This document shows positions 5,115 to 5,940 of a stretch of 5,940 nucleotides of DNA, piece by piece. The position numbers were made by a program, and so were the translations under genes. The DNA is from a virus (lineage: Duplodnaviria > Heunggongvirae > Uroviricota > Caudoviricetes): positions 1 to 5,940 of IMG/VR virus record IMGVR_UViG_2778261394_000001; one strand, 5' to 3'. The notes beneath the pieces were generated by a model that was not told the DNA's origin, ran no database searches, and saw nothing but the letters and a program-made list of their open reading frames with translations. Positions within the stretch are counted from its first letter, which is position 1. The number at the start of each line of letters is the position of its first letter.

Positions 5115-5940
5115 CCGAGCCTCCGGTCACGACGCGGTATTCGGTACAGAAAGACGCCTGCGTACTGTTGAGCACGATGTCGGCCAGTGGTGCGGCCAGC
5201 TCGACACGCTGCACGCCTTCCACATGCAAAGCGGCATAAATGGCAGACAGACGGATGTCGCGCCCCAGCCGGTGCTGTGCCGTGATATACGCTTCCAGTT
5301 TTTTCACGGCGGCAGCGCGAATGGGTTCGCTTTCGGGACCAGGGTAAAGATACAGCGTGGCGTTTATCTGGTATTCAACGATGGCGGCAGACTGCACGGT
5401 CACACGGTCAGCCACCGGCCTGACGTCCTCACCATTAAGGGCGTTACGCACCACAGCCAGCAGGTCTTCGGATGCGACACCGTTATTTTCACGTGACAGC
5501 ACGGAGATGGTGACGCAGGCAGGAGACGGACTGGTAACAGAGATATCCGCGACACGCCCGTCAGCACTGCGACCATGATACTGATAGGCACCCACCGACC
5601 CGGCGACGCTTAAACCTTCAAAGGCCTGCTGAATACGCAGACGATAATCGGTGTCAGATTCCATCACGGCCGGTGTCGGCGGGAGGGTCGAATCATCTGC
5701 CGGAGTGATAATCAGGCGCGTGGTGTTGTAATTGGCACCAATCACATCAAGGTCATTACCGGCTGCACAGGCCAGCATCACCGCCCGTGCGGCCTCATTC
5801 ACACGCTGACGCCAGATAAGCTCACGATAAGCATTTTCCTCCAGCAGTTTGACGAGAGGTTCGGATTCCAGCGTCAGGGTACGGGCGACCGCCTCCTGCT
5901 GGTCTTCCGGGTAAAGGGAAATCAGTGTCGCCTTGCGTTC
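5107..5940 (-). CDS. J: Baseplate wedge protein (P2 gpJ family, baseplate J-like); 5'-partial, N-terminus lies beyond the window end
   Basis: The track lists 5107..5802 from a GTG, but I translated the same frame up to position 5940 and found no stop (...ERKATLISLYPEDQQEAVARTLTLESEPLVKLLEENAYRELIWRQRVNEAARAVMLACAAGNDLDVIGANYNTTRL...). The gene therefore enters the window already open. The sequence and its position upstream of I fit P2 gpJ. The stop is TGA at 5109..5107. Confidence 0.85.
   Translation of the reverse strand, partial: ERKATLISLYPEDQQEAVARTLTLESEPLVKLLEENAYRELIWRQRVNEAARAVMLACAAGNDLDVIGANYNTTRLIITPADDSTLPPTPAVMESDTDYRLRIQQAFEGLSVAGSVGAYQYHGRSADGRVADISVTSPSPACVTISVLSRENNGVASEDLLAVVRNALNGEDVRPVADRVTVQSAAIVEYQINATLYLYPGPESEPIRAAAVKKLEAYITAQHRLGRDIRLSAIYAALHVEGVQRVELAAPLADIVLNSTQASFCTEYRVVTGGSDE

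Noticed and set aside
4885-5591. Long antisense ORFs 4885..5496(+), 5030..5239(+), 5357..5578(+), 5400..5591(-) and 4823..5110(-)
   Set aside because: They overlap the well-supported baseplate J and I genes on the opposite strand or in another frame. Their translations are compositionally biased with no recognisable motifs.
1-5940. Defence-system cargo, toxin-antitoxin pairs, tRNA, CRISPR array or insertion sequence
   Set aside because: Every substantial ORF is accounted for by tail structural, chaperone or invertase functions. I saw no direct-repeat array, no transposase-like ORF and no tRNA-like structure.

Overview
This window is the tail-morphogenesis region of a P2-like (myovirus) prophage from an enterobacterial genome, with all structural genes on the minus strand. 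Reading 5940 to 1 on that strand: baseplate protein J (5'-partial at the window edge), baseplate protein I, tail fibre H, tail fibre assembly chaperone (gpG-like), an invertible cassette, a Din-family serine invertase (Pin/Gin/Hin/Cin-like), and the start of tail sheath FI (3'-partial). The main feature is a roughly 1.9 kb invertible segment bounded by two 26-bp hix/gix-like crossover sites (1761-1786 and 3667-3692) that share a perfect 15-bp inverted repeat. The segment carries the expressed tail-fibre C-terminus with its chaperone on the minus strand, and a silent alternative C-terminus with its own chaperone on the plus strand. Inversion would join the constant N-terminal 276 codons of H in-frame to the alternative receptor-binding module, as in the phage Mu G, P1 C and e14 P segments. 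No tRNA, rRNA, CRISPR array or insertion sequence was seen. All homology statements come from reading the translations and from memory of these protein families; no database search was run.
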